Made by a program: the position numbers and the translations under genes. Below are positions 20,726-34,600 of a stretch of 40,701 nucleotides of DNA, piece by piece (positions within the stretch are counted from its first letter, which is position 1; each line of letters starts with the position of its first letter). Under the pieces are notes generated by a model. The model was not told where the DNA came from. It saw only the letters and a program-made list of their open reading frames with translations, and did no database searches. This DNA is from Utricularia gibba (Eukaryota; Plantae; Magnoliophyta): assembly GCA_002189035.1 (NCBI GenBank), contig NEEC01000145.1, positions 1 through 40,701 of the forward strand, written 5' to 3'.

Positions 20726-23700
20726 GTGATGCATTTATTAACGTTGGGTTTTCGGCGGCTGCCTACATGCTTTTTTCGAGGAAAAGTTGTCGTTTTTTTG
20801 CGGGTGCTGTTGTTGGGAACTTCGTCCGGACCCAAGGTTCGGTCTGACTTCACAGCACAATCCGATCCCATTCGACGAAAATCGTGACACCTTTATTGAA
20901 GTTAGGATCTCATGACCACCCAAATGGTTTTTTCAACAGCATGCTTTACACTTGACAAGGCGCTTTTGTGGGTCACCGAGATCGGGCCGGATTCGGGTCG
21001 GGCTTGAGCCCATAGTCAGCTGTAGCCCGGCAAAAGAAGTGATGCATTTATTAACGTTGGGTTGTCGGCGGCTGCCCACATGGTTTTTCAAGCAACAGCT
21101 TGCCATTTAAAGGCGGGTGCTGTCGTTGGGAGCTTTGTCCGGCCCGAGATTCGGTCTGGCTACTAAGCCCAATCGGGTCGCACTCGACGAAAATCGTAAC
21201 GCATTTGATGTAGTTAGGATGTCATGAGAACCCCAATGGGTTTTCTCAAACTCTGTTATATTTGAGAAGGCGCTCTTGGGGGGTTTCGGGATTGGGCCAG
21301 AGGTCGGGTCGGGCTCAGGCCAATAGTCAGTTGTAGCCCGGAAAATAAGTGATGCATTTATCAACGATGGGTTTTCGGCGGCTGCCTAAATGGTTTTTCA
21401 AGCAACAGCTTGCCGTTTTAAGGTGGGTGCTGTAGTTGGGAGCTTTGTCAGGGCCCGAGATTCGGTCTGGCTACTAAGCCCAATCGGGTCGTACTCGACG
21501 AAATCGTAATGCATTTGCTTTAGTTAGGATGTCATGAGAACCCCAATGGGTTTTCTCAACACTCTGCTATATATTTGAGAAGGCGCTCTCGGGGGTTTCG
21601 GGATTGGGCCAGAGGTCGGGTCGGGCTCAGGCCAATAGTCAGTTGTAGCCCGGAAAATAAGTGATGCATTTATCAACGATGGGTTTTCGGCGGCTGCCTA
21701 AATGGTTTTTCAAGCAATAGCTTGCCGTTTTAAGGCGAGTGCTGTCGTTGGCAGCTTTGTTAGGGCCCAAGGTTCGGTCTGGCTCCTGAGCCCAATCGGG
21801 TGCTACTCGATGAAAATCGTGATGCATTTGCTGAAGTTAGGATGTCATGAGCACCCCAAATGGTTTTCTCAACAACCTGATTTATATTTGAGGAGGCGCT
21901 CTAGGCGGGCACCAGTATCGAGCAAATGGTCGAGTCGCGCTCTGGCCCATAGTCATTTGTAGCCGGCCAAAAAAGTGATGCATTTATTAACGTTGGGTTG
22001 TCGGCGGCTGCCCACATGGTTTTTCAAGCAACAGCTTGCCATTTAAAGGCGGGTGCTGTCGTTGGGAGCTTTGTCCGGCCCGAGATTCGGTCTGGCTACT
22101 AAGCCCAATCGGGTCGCACTCGACGAAAATCGTAACGCATTTGATGTAGTTAGGATGTCATGAGAACCCCAATGGGTTTTCTCAACACTCTGTTTATATT
22201 TGAGAAGGCGCTCTTGGGGGGTTTCGGGATTGGGCCAGAGGTCGGGTCGGGCTCAGGCCAATAGTCAGTTGTAGCCCGGAAAATAAGTGATGCATTTATC
22301 AACGATGGGTTTTCGGCGGCTGCCTAAATGGTTTTTCAAGCAACAGCTTGCCGTTTTAAGGTGGGTGCTGTAGTTGGGAGCTTTGTCAGGGCCCGAGATT
22401 CGGTCTGGCTACTAAGCCCAATCGGGTCGTACTCGACGAAATCGTAATGCATTTGCTTTAGTTAGGATGTCATGAGAACCCCAATGGGTTTTCTCAACAC
22501 TCTGCTATATATTTGAGAAGGCGCTCTCGGGGTTTCGGGATTGGGCCAGAGGTCGGGTCGGGCTCAGGCCATAGTCAGTTGTAGCCCGGAAAATAAGTGA
22601 TGCATTTATCAACGATGGGTTTTCGGCGGCTGCCTAAATGGTTTTTCAAGCAATAGCTTGCCGTTTTAAGGCGGTGCTGTCGTTGGCAGCTTTGTTAGGG
22701 CCCAAGGTTCGGTCTGGCTCCTGAGCCCAATCGGGTGCTACTCGATGAAAATCGTGATGCATTTGCTGAAGTTAGGATGTCATGAGCACCCCAAATGGTT
22801 TTCTCAACAACCTGATTTATATTTGAGGAGGCGCTCTAGGCGGGCACCAGTATCGAGCAAATGGTCGAGTCGCGCTCTGGCCCATAGTCATTTGTAGCCT
22901 GGCCAAAAAAGTGATGCATTTATTAACGTTGGGTTGTCGGCGGCTGCCCACATGGTTTTTCAAGCAACAGCTTGCCATTTAAAGGCGGGTGCTGTCGTTG
23001 GGAGCTTTGTCCGGCCCGAGATTCGGTCTGGCTACTAAGCCCAATCGGGTCGCACTCGACGAAAATCGTAACGCATTTGATGTAGTTAGGATGTCATGAG
23101 AACCCCAATGGGTTTTCTCAACACTCTGCTATATATTTGAGAAGGCGCCCTCGGAGGGTTTCGGGATTGGGCCAGAGGTCGGGTCGGGCTCAGGCCAATA
23201 GTCAGTTGTAGCCCGGAAAATAAGTGATGCATTTATCAACGATGGGTTTTCGGCGGCTGCCTAAATGGTTTTTCAAGCAACAGCTTGCCGTTTTAAGGTG
23301 GGTGCTGTAGTTGGGAGCTTTGTCAGGGCCCGAGATTCGGTCTGGCTACTAAGCCCAATCGGGTCGTACTCGACGAAATCGTAATGCATTTGCTTTAGTT
23401 AGGATGTCATGAGAACCCCAATGGGTTTTCTCAACACTCTACTTTATATTTCAGAAGGCGCTCTTGGGGGGTTTCGGGATTGGGCCAGAGGTCGGGTCGG
23501 GCTATGGCCCATAGTCAGTTGAGCCCGGAAAATAAGTGATGCATTTATCAACGTTGGGTTTTCGGCGGCTGCCTGAATGGTTTTTCAAGCAATAGCTTGC
23601 CATTTTAAGGCGGGTGCTGTCGTTGGCAGCTTTGTAAGGGCCCAAGGTTCGGTCTGGCTCCTGAGCCCAATCGGGTGCTACTCGATGAAAATCGTGATGC

Positions 23701-23850
23701 ATTTTTTGAAGTTAGGATGTCATGAGCACCCCAAATGGTTTTCTCAACAACCTGATTTATATTTGAGGAGGCGCTCTAGGCTGGCACTAGTATCGAGCAA
23801 ATGGTCGAGTCGCGCTCTGGCCCATAGTCATTTGTAGCCCGGCCAAAAAA
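20726..23850 (+). repeat. 10-mer HOR A-(B-C-D)x3, 3125 bp
   Basis: Monomer starts 20726 (A), 21039, 21349, 21661, 21975, 22287, 22597, 22911, 23224, 23536 (D'). No A-diagnostic sequence occurs inside. Confidence 0.85.
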
Positions 23851-26800
23851 GTGATGCATTTATTAACGTTGGGTTTTCGGTGGCTGCCTACATGCTTTTT
23901 TCGAGGAAAAGTTGTCGTTTTTTGCGGGTGCTGTTGTTGGGAACTTCGTCCGGACCCAAGGTTCGGTCTGACTTCACAGCACAATCCGATCCCATTCGAC
24001 GAAAATCGTGACACCTTTATTGAAGTTAGGATCTCATGACCACCCCAAATGGTTTTTTCAACAGCATGCTTTACACTTGACAAGGCGCTTTTGTGGGTCA
24101 CCGAGATCGGGCCGGATTCGGGTCGGGCTTGAGCCCATAGTCAGCTGTAGCCCGGCAAAAGAAGTGATGCATTTATTAACGTTGGGTTGTCGGCGGCTGC
24201 CCACATGGTTTTTCAAGCAACAGCTTGCCATTTAAAGGCGGGTGCTGTCGTTGGGAGCTTTGTCCGGCCCGAGATTCGGTCTGGCTACTAAGCCCAATCG
24301 GGTCGCACTCGACGAAAATCGTAACGCATTTGATGTAGTTAGGATGTCATGAGAACCCCAATGGGTTTTCTCAACACTCTGCTATATATTTGAGAAGGCG
24401 CCCTCGGAGGGTTTCGGGATTGGGCCAGAGGTCGGGTCGGGCTCAGGCCAATAGTCAGTTGTAGCCCGGAAAATAAGTGATGCATTTATCAACGATGGGT
24501 TTTCGGCGGCTGCCTAAATGGTTTTTCAAGCAACAGCTTGCCGTTTTAAGGTGGGTGCTGTAGTTGGGAGCTTTGTCAGGGCCCGAGATTCGGTCTGGCT
24601 ACTAAGCCCAATCGGGTCGTACTCGACGAAATCGTAATGCATTTGCTTTAGTTAGGATGTCATGAGAACCCCAATGGGTTTTCTCAACACTCTGCTATAT
24701 ATTTGAGAAGGCGCTCTCGGGGTTTCGGGATTGGGCCAGAGGTCGGGTCGGGCTCAGGCCATAGTCAGTTGTAGCCCGGAAAATAAGTGATGCATTTATC
24801 AACGTTGGGTTTTCGGCGGCTGCCTAAATGGTTTTTCAAGCAATAGCTTGCCGTTTTAAGGCGGGTGCTGTCGTTGGAGCTTTGTAGGGCCCAAGGTTCG
24901 GTCTGGCTCTAGCCCAATCGGGTCTACTCGATGAAATCGTGATGCATTTTTAAGTTAGGATGTCATGAGCACCCCAAATGGTTTTCTCAACAACCTGATT
25001 TATATTTGAGGAGGCGCTCTAGGCGGGCACCAGTATCGAGCAAATGGTCGAGTCGCGCTCTGGCCCATAGTCATTTGTAGCCCGGCCAAAGAAGTGATGC
25101 ATTTATTAACGTTGGGTTTTCGGTGGCTGCCTACATGCTTTTTGAAGGAAAAGTTGTCGTTTTTTGGCGGGTGCTGTTGTTGGGAACTTTGTGAGGACCC
25201 AAGGTTTGGTCTGACTTCACAGCACAATCTGTTCCCATTCGACGAAAATCGTGATACCTTTATTGAAGTTAGGATCTCATGACCACCCCAAATGGTTTTT
25301 TCAACAGCATGCTTTACACTTGACAAGGCGCTTTTGTGGGTCACCGAGATCGGGCCGGATTCGGGTCGGTCTTGAGCCCAAAGTCAGCTGTAGCCCGGCA
25401 AAAGAAGTGATGCATTTATTAACGTTGGGTTGTCGGCGGCTGCCCACATGGTTTTTCAAGCAACAGCTTGCCATTTAAGGCGGGTGCTGTCGTTGGGAGC
25501 TTTGTCCGGCCCGAGATTCGGTCTGGCTACTAAGCCCAATCGGGTCGCACTCGACGAAAATCGTAACGCATTTGTTGTAGTTAGGATGTCATGAGAACCC
25601 CAATGGGTTTTCTCAACACTCTGCTATATATTTGAGAAGGCGCTCTTGGGGGGTTTCAGGATTGGGCCAGAGGTCGGGTCGGGCTCAGGCCATAGTCAGT
25701 TGTGGCCCGGAAAATAAGTGATGCATTTATCAACGTTGGGTTTCGCGGCTGCCTAAATGGTTTTTCAAGCAACAGCTTGCCGTTTTAAGGTGGGTGCTGT
25801 AGTTGGGAGCTTTGTCAGGGCCCGAGATTCGGTCTGGCTACTAAGCCCAATCGGGTCGTACTCGACGAAATCGTATGCATTCGCTTTAGTTAGGATGTCA
25901 TGAGAACCCCAAATGGTTTTCTCAACAACCTGATTTATATTTGAGGAGGCGCTCTAGGCGGGCTCCAGTATCGAGCAAATGGTCGAGTCGCGCTCTGGCC
26001 CATAGTCATTTGTAGCCCGGCCAAAGAAGTGATGCATTTATTAACGTTGGGTTTTCGGTGGCTGCCTACATGCTTTTTGAAGGAAAAGTTGTCGTTTTTT
26101 GGCGGGTGCTGTTGTTGGGAACTTTGTGAGGACCCAAGGTTTGGTCTGACTTCACAGCACAATCTGTTCCCATTCGACGAAAATCGTGATACCTTTATTG
26201 AAGTTAGGATCTCATGACCACCCCAAATGGTTTTTTCAACAGCATGCTTTACACTTGACAAGGCGCTTTTTTGGGTCACCGAGATCGGGCCGGATTCGGG
26301 TCGGGCTTGAGCCCATAGTCAGCTGTAGCCCGGCAAAAGAAGTGATGCATTTATTAACGTTGGGTTGTCGGCGGCTGCCCACATGGTTTTTCAAGCAACA
26401 GCTTGCCATTTAAAGGCGGGTGCTGTCGTTGGGAGCTTTGTCCGGCCCGAGATTCGGTCTGGCTACTAAGCCCAATCGGGTCGCACTCGACGAAAATCGT
26501 AACGCATTTGATGTAGTTAGGATGTCATGAGAACCCCAATGGGTTTTCTCAACACTCTGCTATATATTTGAGAAGGCGCCCTCGGAGGGTTTCGGGATTG
26601 GGCCAGAGGTCGGGTCGGGCTCAGGCCAATAGTCAGTTGTAGCCCGGAAAATAAGTGATGCATTTATCAACGATGGGTTTTCGGCGGCTGCCTAAATGGT
26701 TTTTCAAGCAACAGCTTGCCGTTTTAAGGTGGGTGCTGTAGTTGGGAGCTTTGTCAGGGCCCGAGATTCGGTCTGGCTACTAAGCCCAATCGGGTCGTAC

Positions 26801-29800
26801 TCGACGAAATCGTAATGCATTTGCTTTAGTTAGGATGTCATGAGAACCCCAATGGGTTTTCTCAACACTCTGCTTATATTTGAGAAGGCGCTCTCGGAGG
26901 GTTTCGGGATTGGGCCAGAGGTCGGGTCGGGCTCAGGCCAATAGTCAGTTGTAGCCCGGAAAATAAGTGATGCATTTATCAACGATGGGTTTTCGGCGGC
27001 TGCCTAAATGGTTTTTCAAGCAATAGCTTGCCGTTTTAAGGCGAGTGCTGTCGTTGGCAGCTTTGTTAGGGCCCAAGGTTCGGTCTGGCTCCTGAGCCCA
27101 ATCGGGTGCTACTCGATGAAAATCGTGATGCATTTGCTGAAGTTAGGATGTCATGAGCACCCCAAATGGTTTTCTCAACAACCTGATTTATATTTGAGGA
27201 GGCGCTCTAGGCGGGCACCAGTATCGAGCAAATGGTCGAGTCGCGCTCTGGCCCATAGTCATTTGTAGCCTGGCCAAAAAAGTGATGCATTTATTAACGT
27301 TGGGTTGTCGGCGGCTGCCCACATGGTTTTTCAAGCAACAGCTTGCCATTTAAAGGCGGGTGCTGTCGTTGGGAGCTTTGTCCGGCCCGAGATTCGGTCT
27401 GGCTACTAAGCCCAATCGGGTCGCACTCGACGAAAATCGTAACGCATTTGCTGTAGTTAGGATGTCATGAGAACCCCAATGGGTTTTCTCAACACTCTAC
27501 TTTATATTTCAGAAGGCGCTCTTGGGGGTTTCAGGATTGGGCCAGAGGTCGGGTCGGGCTCAGGCCCATAGTCAGTTGTAGCCCGGAAAATAAGTGATGC
27601 ATTTATCAACGTTGGGTTTTCGGCGGCTGCCTAAATGGTTTTTCAAGCAACAGCTTGCCGTTTTAAGGTGGGTGCTGTAGTTGGGAGCTTTGTCAGGGCC
27701 CGAGATTCGGTCTGGCTACTAAGCCCAATCGGGTCGTACTCGACGAAATCGTAATGCATTTGCTTTATTTAGGATGTCTCAACACTCTACTTTATATTTC
27801 AGAAGGCGCTCTTGGGGGGTTTCGGGATTGGGCCAGAGGTCGGGTCGGGCTATGGCCCATAGTCAGTTGTAGCCCGGAAAATAAGTGATGCATTTATCAA
27901 CGTTGGGTTTTCGGCGGCTGCCTGAATGGTTTTTCAAGCAATAGCTTGCCATTTTAAGGCGGTGCTGTCGTTGGCAGCTTTGTAAGGGCCCAAGGTTCGG
28001 TCTGGCTCCTGAGCCCAATCGGGTGCTACTCGATGAAAATCGTGATGCATTTTTGAAGTTAGGATGTCATGAGCACCCCAAATGGTTTTCTCAACAACCT
28101 GATTTATATTTGAGGAGGCGCTCTAGGCTGGCACTAGTATCGAGCAAATGGTCGAGTCGCGCTCTGGCCCATAGTCATTTGTAGCCCGGCCAAAAAAGTG
28201 ATGCATTTATTAACGTTGGGTTTTCGGCGGCTGCCTACATGCTTTTTTCGAGGAAAAGTTGTCGTTTTTTTGGGTGCTGTTGTTGGGAACTTCGTCCGGA
28301 CCCAAGGTTCGGTCTGACTTCACAGCACAATCCGATCCCATTCGACGAAAATCGTGACACCTTTATTGAAGTTAGGATCTCATGACCACCCCAAATGGTT
28401 TTTTCAACAGCATGCTTTACACTTGACAAGGCGCTTTTGTGGGTCACCGAGATCGGGCCGGATTCGGGTCGGCTTGAGCCCAAAGTCAGCTGTAGCCCGG
28501 CAAAAGAAGTGATGCATTTATTAACGTTGGGTTGTCGGCGGCTGCCCACATGGTTTTTCAAGCAACAGCTTGCCATTTAAAGGCGGGTGCTGTCGTTGGG
28601 AGCTTTGTCCGGCCCGAGATTCGGTCTGGCTACTAAGCCCAATCGGGTCGCACTCGACGAAAATCGTAACGCATTTGATGTAGTTAGGATGTCATGAGAA
28701 CCCCAATGGGTTTTCTCAACACTCTGCTATATATTTGAGAAGGCGCCCTCGGAGGGTTTCGGGATTGGGCCAGAGGTCGGGTCGGGCTCAGGCCAATAGT
28801 CAGTTGTAGCCCGGAAAATAAGTGATGCATTTATCAACGATGGGTTTTCGGCGGCTGCCTAAATGGTTTTTCAAGCAACAGCTTGCCGTTTTAAGGTGGG
28901 TGCTGTAGTTGGGAGCTTTGTCAGGGCCCGAGATTCGGTCTGGCTACTAAGCCCAATCGGGTCGTACTCGACGAAATCGTAATGCATTTGCTTTAGTTAG
29001 GATGTCATGAGAACCCCAATGGGTTTTCTCAACACTCTGCTATATATTTGAGAAGGCGCTCTTGGGGGTTTCGGGATTGGGCCAGAGGTCGGGTCGGGCT
29101 CAGGCCCATAGTCAGTTGTAGCCCGGAAAATAAGTGATGCATTTATCAACGTTGGGTTTCGCGGCTGCCTAAATGGTTTTTCAAGCAATAGCTTGCCGTT
29201 TTAAGGGGTGCTGTCGTTGGGAGCTTTGTAGGGCCCAGGTTCGGTCTGGCTCTGAGCCCAATCGGGTCTACTCGATGAAATCGTGATGCATTGCTTTAGT
29301 TAGGATGTCATGAGCACCCCAAATGGTTTTCTCAACAACCTGATTTATATTTGAGGAGGCGCTCTAGGCGGGCACAGTATCGAGCAAATGGTCGAGTCGC
29401 GCTCTGGCCCATAGTCATTTGTAGCCCGGCCAAAGAAGTGATGCATTTATTAACGTTGGGTTTCGGTGGCTGCCTACATGCTTTTTGAAGGAAAAGTTGT
29501 CGTTTTTTGGCGGGTGCTGTTGTTGGGAACTTGTGAGGACCCAAGGTTGGTCTGACTTCACAGCACAATCGTTCCCATTCGACGAAAATCGTGATACCTT
29601 TATTGAAGTTAGGATCTCATGACCACCCCAAATGGTTTTTTCAACAGCATGCTTTACACTTGACAAGGCGCTTTTGTGGGTCACCGAGATCGGGCCGGAT
29701 TCGGGTCGGGCTTGAGCCCATAGTCAGCTGTAGCCCGGCAAAAGAAGTGATGCATTTATTAACGTTGGGTTGTCGGCGGCTGCCCACATGGTTTTTCAAG

Positions 29801-31623
29801 CAACAGCTTGCCATTTAAAGGCGGGTGCTGTCGTTGGGAGCTTTGTCCGGCCCGAGATTCGGTCTGGCTACTAAGCCCAATCGGGTCGCACTCGACGAAA
29901 ATCGTAACGCATTTGATGTAGTTAGGATGTCATGAGAACCCCAATGGGTTTTCTCAACACTCTGCTATATATTTGAGAAGGCGCCCTCGGAGGGTTTCGG
30001 GATTGGGCCAGAGGTCGGGTCGGGCTCAGGCCAATAGTCAGTTGTAGCCCGGAAAATAAGTGATGCATTTATCAACGATGGGTTTTCGGCGGCTGCCTAA
30101 ATGGTTTTTCAAGCAACAGCTTGCCGTTTTAAGGTGGGTGCTGTAGTTGGGAGCTTTGTCAGGGCCCGAGATTCGGTCTGGCTACTAAGCCCAATCGGGT
30201 CGTACTCGACGAAATCGTAATGCATTTGCTTTAGTTAGGATGTCATGAGAACCCCAATGGGTTTTCTCAACACTCTGCTATATATTTGAGAAGGCGCTCT
30301 CGGGGGTTTCGGGATTGGGCCAGAGGTCGGGTCGGGCTCAGGCCATAGTCAGTTGTAGCCCGGAAAATAAGTGATGCATTTATCAACGATGGGTTTTCGG
30401 CGGCTGCCTAAATGGTTTTTCAAGCAATAGCTTGCCGTTTTAAGGCGGTGCTGTCGTTGGCAGCTTTGTTAGGGCCCAAGGTTCGGTCTGGCTCCTGAGC
30501 CCAATCGGGTGCTACTCGATGAAAATCGTGATGCATTTGCTGAAGTTAGGATGTCATGAGCACCCCAAATGGTTTTCTCAACAACCTGATTTATATTTGA
30601 GGAGGCGCTCTAGGCGGGCACCAGTATCGAGCAAATGGTCGAGTCGCGCTCTGGCCCATAGTCATTTGTAGCCGGCCAAAAAAGTGATGCATTTATTAAC
30701 GTTGGGTTGTCGGCGGCTGCCCACATGGTTTTTCAAGCAACAGCTTGCCATTTAAAGGCGGGTGCTGTCGTTGGGAGCTTTGTCCGGCCCGAGATTCGGT
30801 CTGGCTACTAAGCCCAATCGGGTCGCACTCGACGAAAATCGTAACGCATTTGCTGTAGTTAGGATGTCATGAGAACCCCAATGGGTTTTCTCAACACTCT
30901 ACTTTATATTTCAGAAGGCGCTCTTGGGGGGTTTCAGGATTGGGCCAGAGGTCGGGTCGGGCTCAGGCCCATAGTCAGTTGTAGCCCGGAAAATAAGTGA
31001 TGCATTTATCAACGTTGGGTTTTCGGCGGCTGCCTAAATGGTTTTTCAAGCAACAGCTTGCCGTTTTAAGGTGGGTGCTGTAGTTGGGAGCTTTGTCAGG
31101 GCCCGAGATTCGGTCTGGCTACTAAGCCCAATCGGGTCGTACTCGACGAAATCGTAATGCATTTGCTTTAGTTAGGATGTCATGAGAACCCCAATGGGTT
31201 TTCTCAACACTCTACTTTATATTTCAGAAGGCGCTCTTGGGGGGTTTCGGGATTGGGCCAGAGGTCGGGTCGGGCTATGGCCCATAGTCAGTTGAGCCCG
31301 GAAAATAAGTGATGCATTTATCAACGTTGGGTTTTCGGCGGCTGCCTGAATGGTTTTTCAAGCAATAGCTTGCCATTTTAAGGCGGGTGCTGTCGTTGGC
31401 AGCTTTGTAAGGGCCCAAGGTTCGGTCTGGCTCCTGAGCCCAATCGGGTGCTACTCGATGAAAATCGTGATGCATTTTTTGAAGTTAGGATGTCATGAGC
31501 ACCCCAAATGGTTTTCTCAACAACCTGATTTATATTTGAGGAGGCGCTCTAGGCTGGCACTAGTATCGAGCAAATGGTCGAGTCGCGCTCTGGCCCATAG
31601 TCATTTGTAGCCCGGCCAAAAAA
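23851..31623 (+). repeat. Mixed HOR block: 4-mer, 3-mer, 7-mer, 4-mer, 7-mer (units start 23851, 25094, 26029, 28198, 29438)
   Basis: A-to-A spacings are 1243, 935, 2169, 1240 and 2186 bp. Confidence 0.87.
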
Positions 31624-34600
31624 GTGATGCATTTATTAACGTTGGGTTTTCGGCGGCTGCCTACATGCTTTTTTCGAGGAAAAGTTGTCGTTTTTTTGCG
31701 GGTGCTGTTGTTGGGAACTTCGTCCGGACCCAAGGTTCGGTCTGACTTCACAGCACAATCCGATCCCATTCGACGAAAATCGTGACACCTTTATTGAAGT
31801 TAGGATCTCATGACCACCCCAAATGGTTTTTTCAACAGCATGCTTTACACTTGACAAGGCGCTTTTGTGGGTCACCGAGATCGGGCCGGATTCGGGTCGG
31901 CTTGAGCCCAAAGTCAGCTGTAGCCCGGCAAAAGAAGTGATGCATTTATTAACGTTGGGTTGTCGGCGGCTGCCCACATGGTTTTTCAAGCAACAGCTTG
32001 CCATTTAAAGGCGGGTGCTGTCGTTGGGAGCTTTGTCCGGCCCGAGATTCGGTCTGGCTACTAAGCCCAATCGGGTCGCACTCGACGAAAATCGTAACGC
32101 ATTTGATGTAGTTAGGATGTCATGAGAACCCCAATGGGTTTTCTCAACACTCTGCTATATATTTGAGAAGGCGCCCTCGGAGGGTTTCGGGATTGGGCCA
32201 GAGGTCGGGTCGGGCTCAGGCCAATAGTCAGTTGTAGCCCGGAAAATAAGTGATGCATTTATCAACGATGGGTTTTCGGCGGCTGCCTAAATGGTTTTTC
32301 AAGCAACAGCTTGCCGTTTTAAGGTGGGTGCTGTAGTTGGGAGCTTTGTCAGGGCCCGAGATTCGGTCTGGCTACTAAGCCCAATCGGGTCGTACTCGAC
32401 GAAATCGTAATGCATTTGCTTTAGTTAGGATGTCATGAGAACCCCAATGGGTTTTCTCAACACTCTGCTTATATTTGAGAAGGCGCTCTGGGGGGTTTCG
32501 GGATTGGGCCAGAGGTCGGGTCGGGCTCAGGCCCATAGTCAGTTGTAGCCCGGAAAATAAGTGATGCATTTATCAACGTTGGGTTTTCGGCTGCCTAAAT
32601 GGTTTTTCAAGCAATAGCTTGCCGTTTTAAGGCGGGTGCTGTCGTTGGGCAGCTTTGTTTCGGTCTGGCTCCTGAGCCCAATCGGGTTACTCGATGAAAA
32701 TCGTGATGCATTTTTTAGTTAGGATGTCATGAGACCCCAAATGGTTTTCTCAACAACCTGATTTATATTTGAGGAGGCGCTCTAGGCGGGCACCAGTATC
32801 GAGCAAATGGTCGAGTCGCGCTCTGGCCCATAGTCATTTGTAGCCCGGCCAAAAAGTGATGCATTTATTAACGTTGGGTTTTCGGTGGCTGCCTACATGC
32901 TTTTTGAAGGAAAAGTTGTCGTTTTTTGGCGGGTGCTGTTGTTGGGAACTTTGTGGACCCAAGGTTTGGTCTGACTTCACAGCACAATCGTCCCATTCGA
33001 CGAAAATCGTGATACCTTTATTGAAGTTAGGATCTCATGACCACCCCAAATGGTTTTTTCAACAGCATGCTTTACACTTGACAAGGCGCTTTTGTGGGTC
33101 ACCGAGATCGGGCCGGATTCGGGTCGGCTTGAGCCCAAAGTCAGCTGTAGCCCGGCAAAAGAAGTGATGCATTTATTAACGTTGGGTTGTCGGCGGCTGC
33201 CCACATGGTTTTTCAAGCAACAGCTTGCCATTTAAAGGCGGGTGCTGTCGTTGGGAGCTTTGTCCGGCCCGAGATTCGGTCTGGCTACTAAGCCCAATCG
33301 GGTCGCACTCGACGAAAATCGTAATGCATTTGTTGTAGTTAGGATGTCATGAGAACCCCAATGGGTTTTCTCAACACTCTGCTATATATTTGAGAAGGCG
33401 CTCTTGGGGGGTTTCGGGATTGGGCCAGAGGTCGGGTCGGGCTCAGGCCCATAGTCAGTTGTAGCCCGGAAAATAAGTGATGCATTTATCAACGTTGGGT
33501 TTTCGGCGGCTGCCTAAATGGTTTTTCAAGCAACAGCTTGCCGTTTTAAGGTGGGTGCTGTAGTTGGGAGCTTTGTCAGGGCCCGAGATTCGGTCTGGCT
33601 ACTAAGCCCAATCGGGTCGTACTCGACGAAATCGTATGCATTGCTTTAGTTAGGATGTCATGAGAACCCCAAATGGTTTTCTCAACAACCTGATTTATAT
33701 TTGAGGAGGCGCTCTAGGCGGGCTCAGTATCGAGCAAATGGTCGAGTCGCGCTCTGGCCCATAGTCATTTGTAGCCCGGCCAAAAAAGTGATGCATTTAT
33801 TAACGTTGGGTTTTCGGTGGCTGCCTACATGCTTTTTTGAAGGAAAAGTTGTCGTTTTTTGGCGGGTGCTGTTGTTGGGAACTTTGTGGACCCAAGGTTT
33901 GGTCTGACTTCACAGCACAATCGTTCCCATTCGACGAAAATCGTGATACCTTTATTGAAGTTAGGATCTCATGACCACCCCAAATGGTTTTTTCAACAGC
34001 ATGCTTTACACTTGACAAGGCGCTTTTGTGGGTCACCGAGATCGGGCCGGATTCGGGTCGGGCTTGAGCCCATAGTCAGCTGTAGCCCGGCAAAAGAAGT
34101 GATGCATTTATTAACGTTGGGTTGTCGGCGGCTGCCCACATGGTTTTTCAAGCAACAGCTTGCCATTTAAAGGCGGGTGCTGTCGTTGGGAGCTTTGTCC
34201 GGCCCGAGATTCGGTCTGGCTACTAAGCCCAATCGGGTCGCACTCGACGAAAATCGTAACGCATTTGATGTAGTTAGGATGTCATGAGAACCCCAATGGG
34301 TTTTCTCAACACTCTGCTATATATTTGAGAAGGCGCCCTCGGAGGGTTTCGGGATTGGGCCAGAGGTCGGGTCGGGCTCAGGCCAATAGTCAGTTGTAGC
34401 CCGGAAAATAAGTGATGCATTTATCAACGATGGGTTTTCGGCGGCTGCCTAAATGGTTTTTCAAGCAACAGCTTGCCGTTTTAAGGTGGGTGCTGTAGTT
34501 GGGAGCTTTGTCAGGGCCCGAGATTCGGTCTGGCTACTAAGCCCAATCGGGTCGTACTCGACGAAATCGTAATGCATTTGCTTTAGTTAGGATGTCATGA

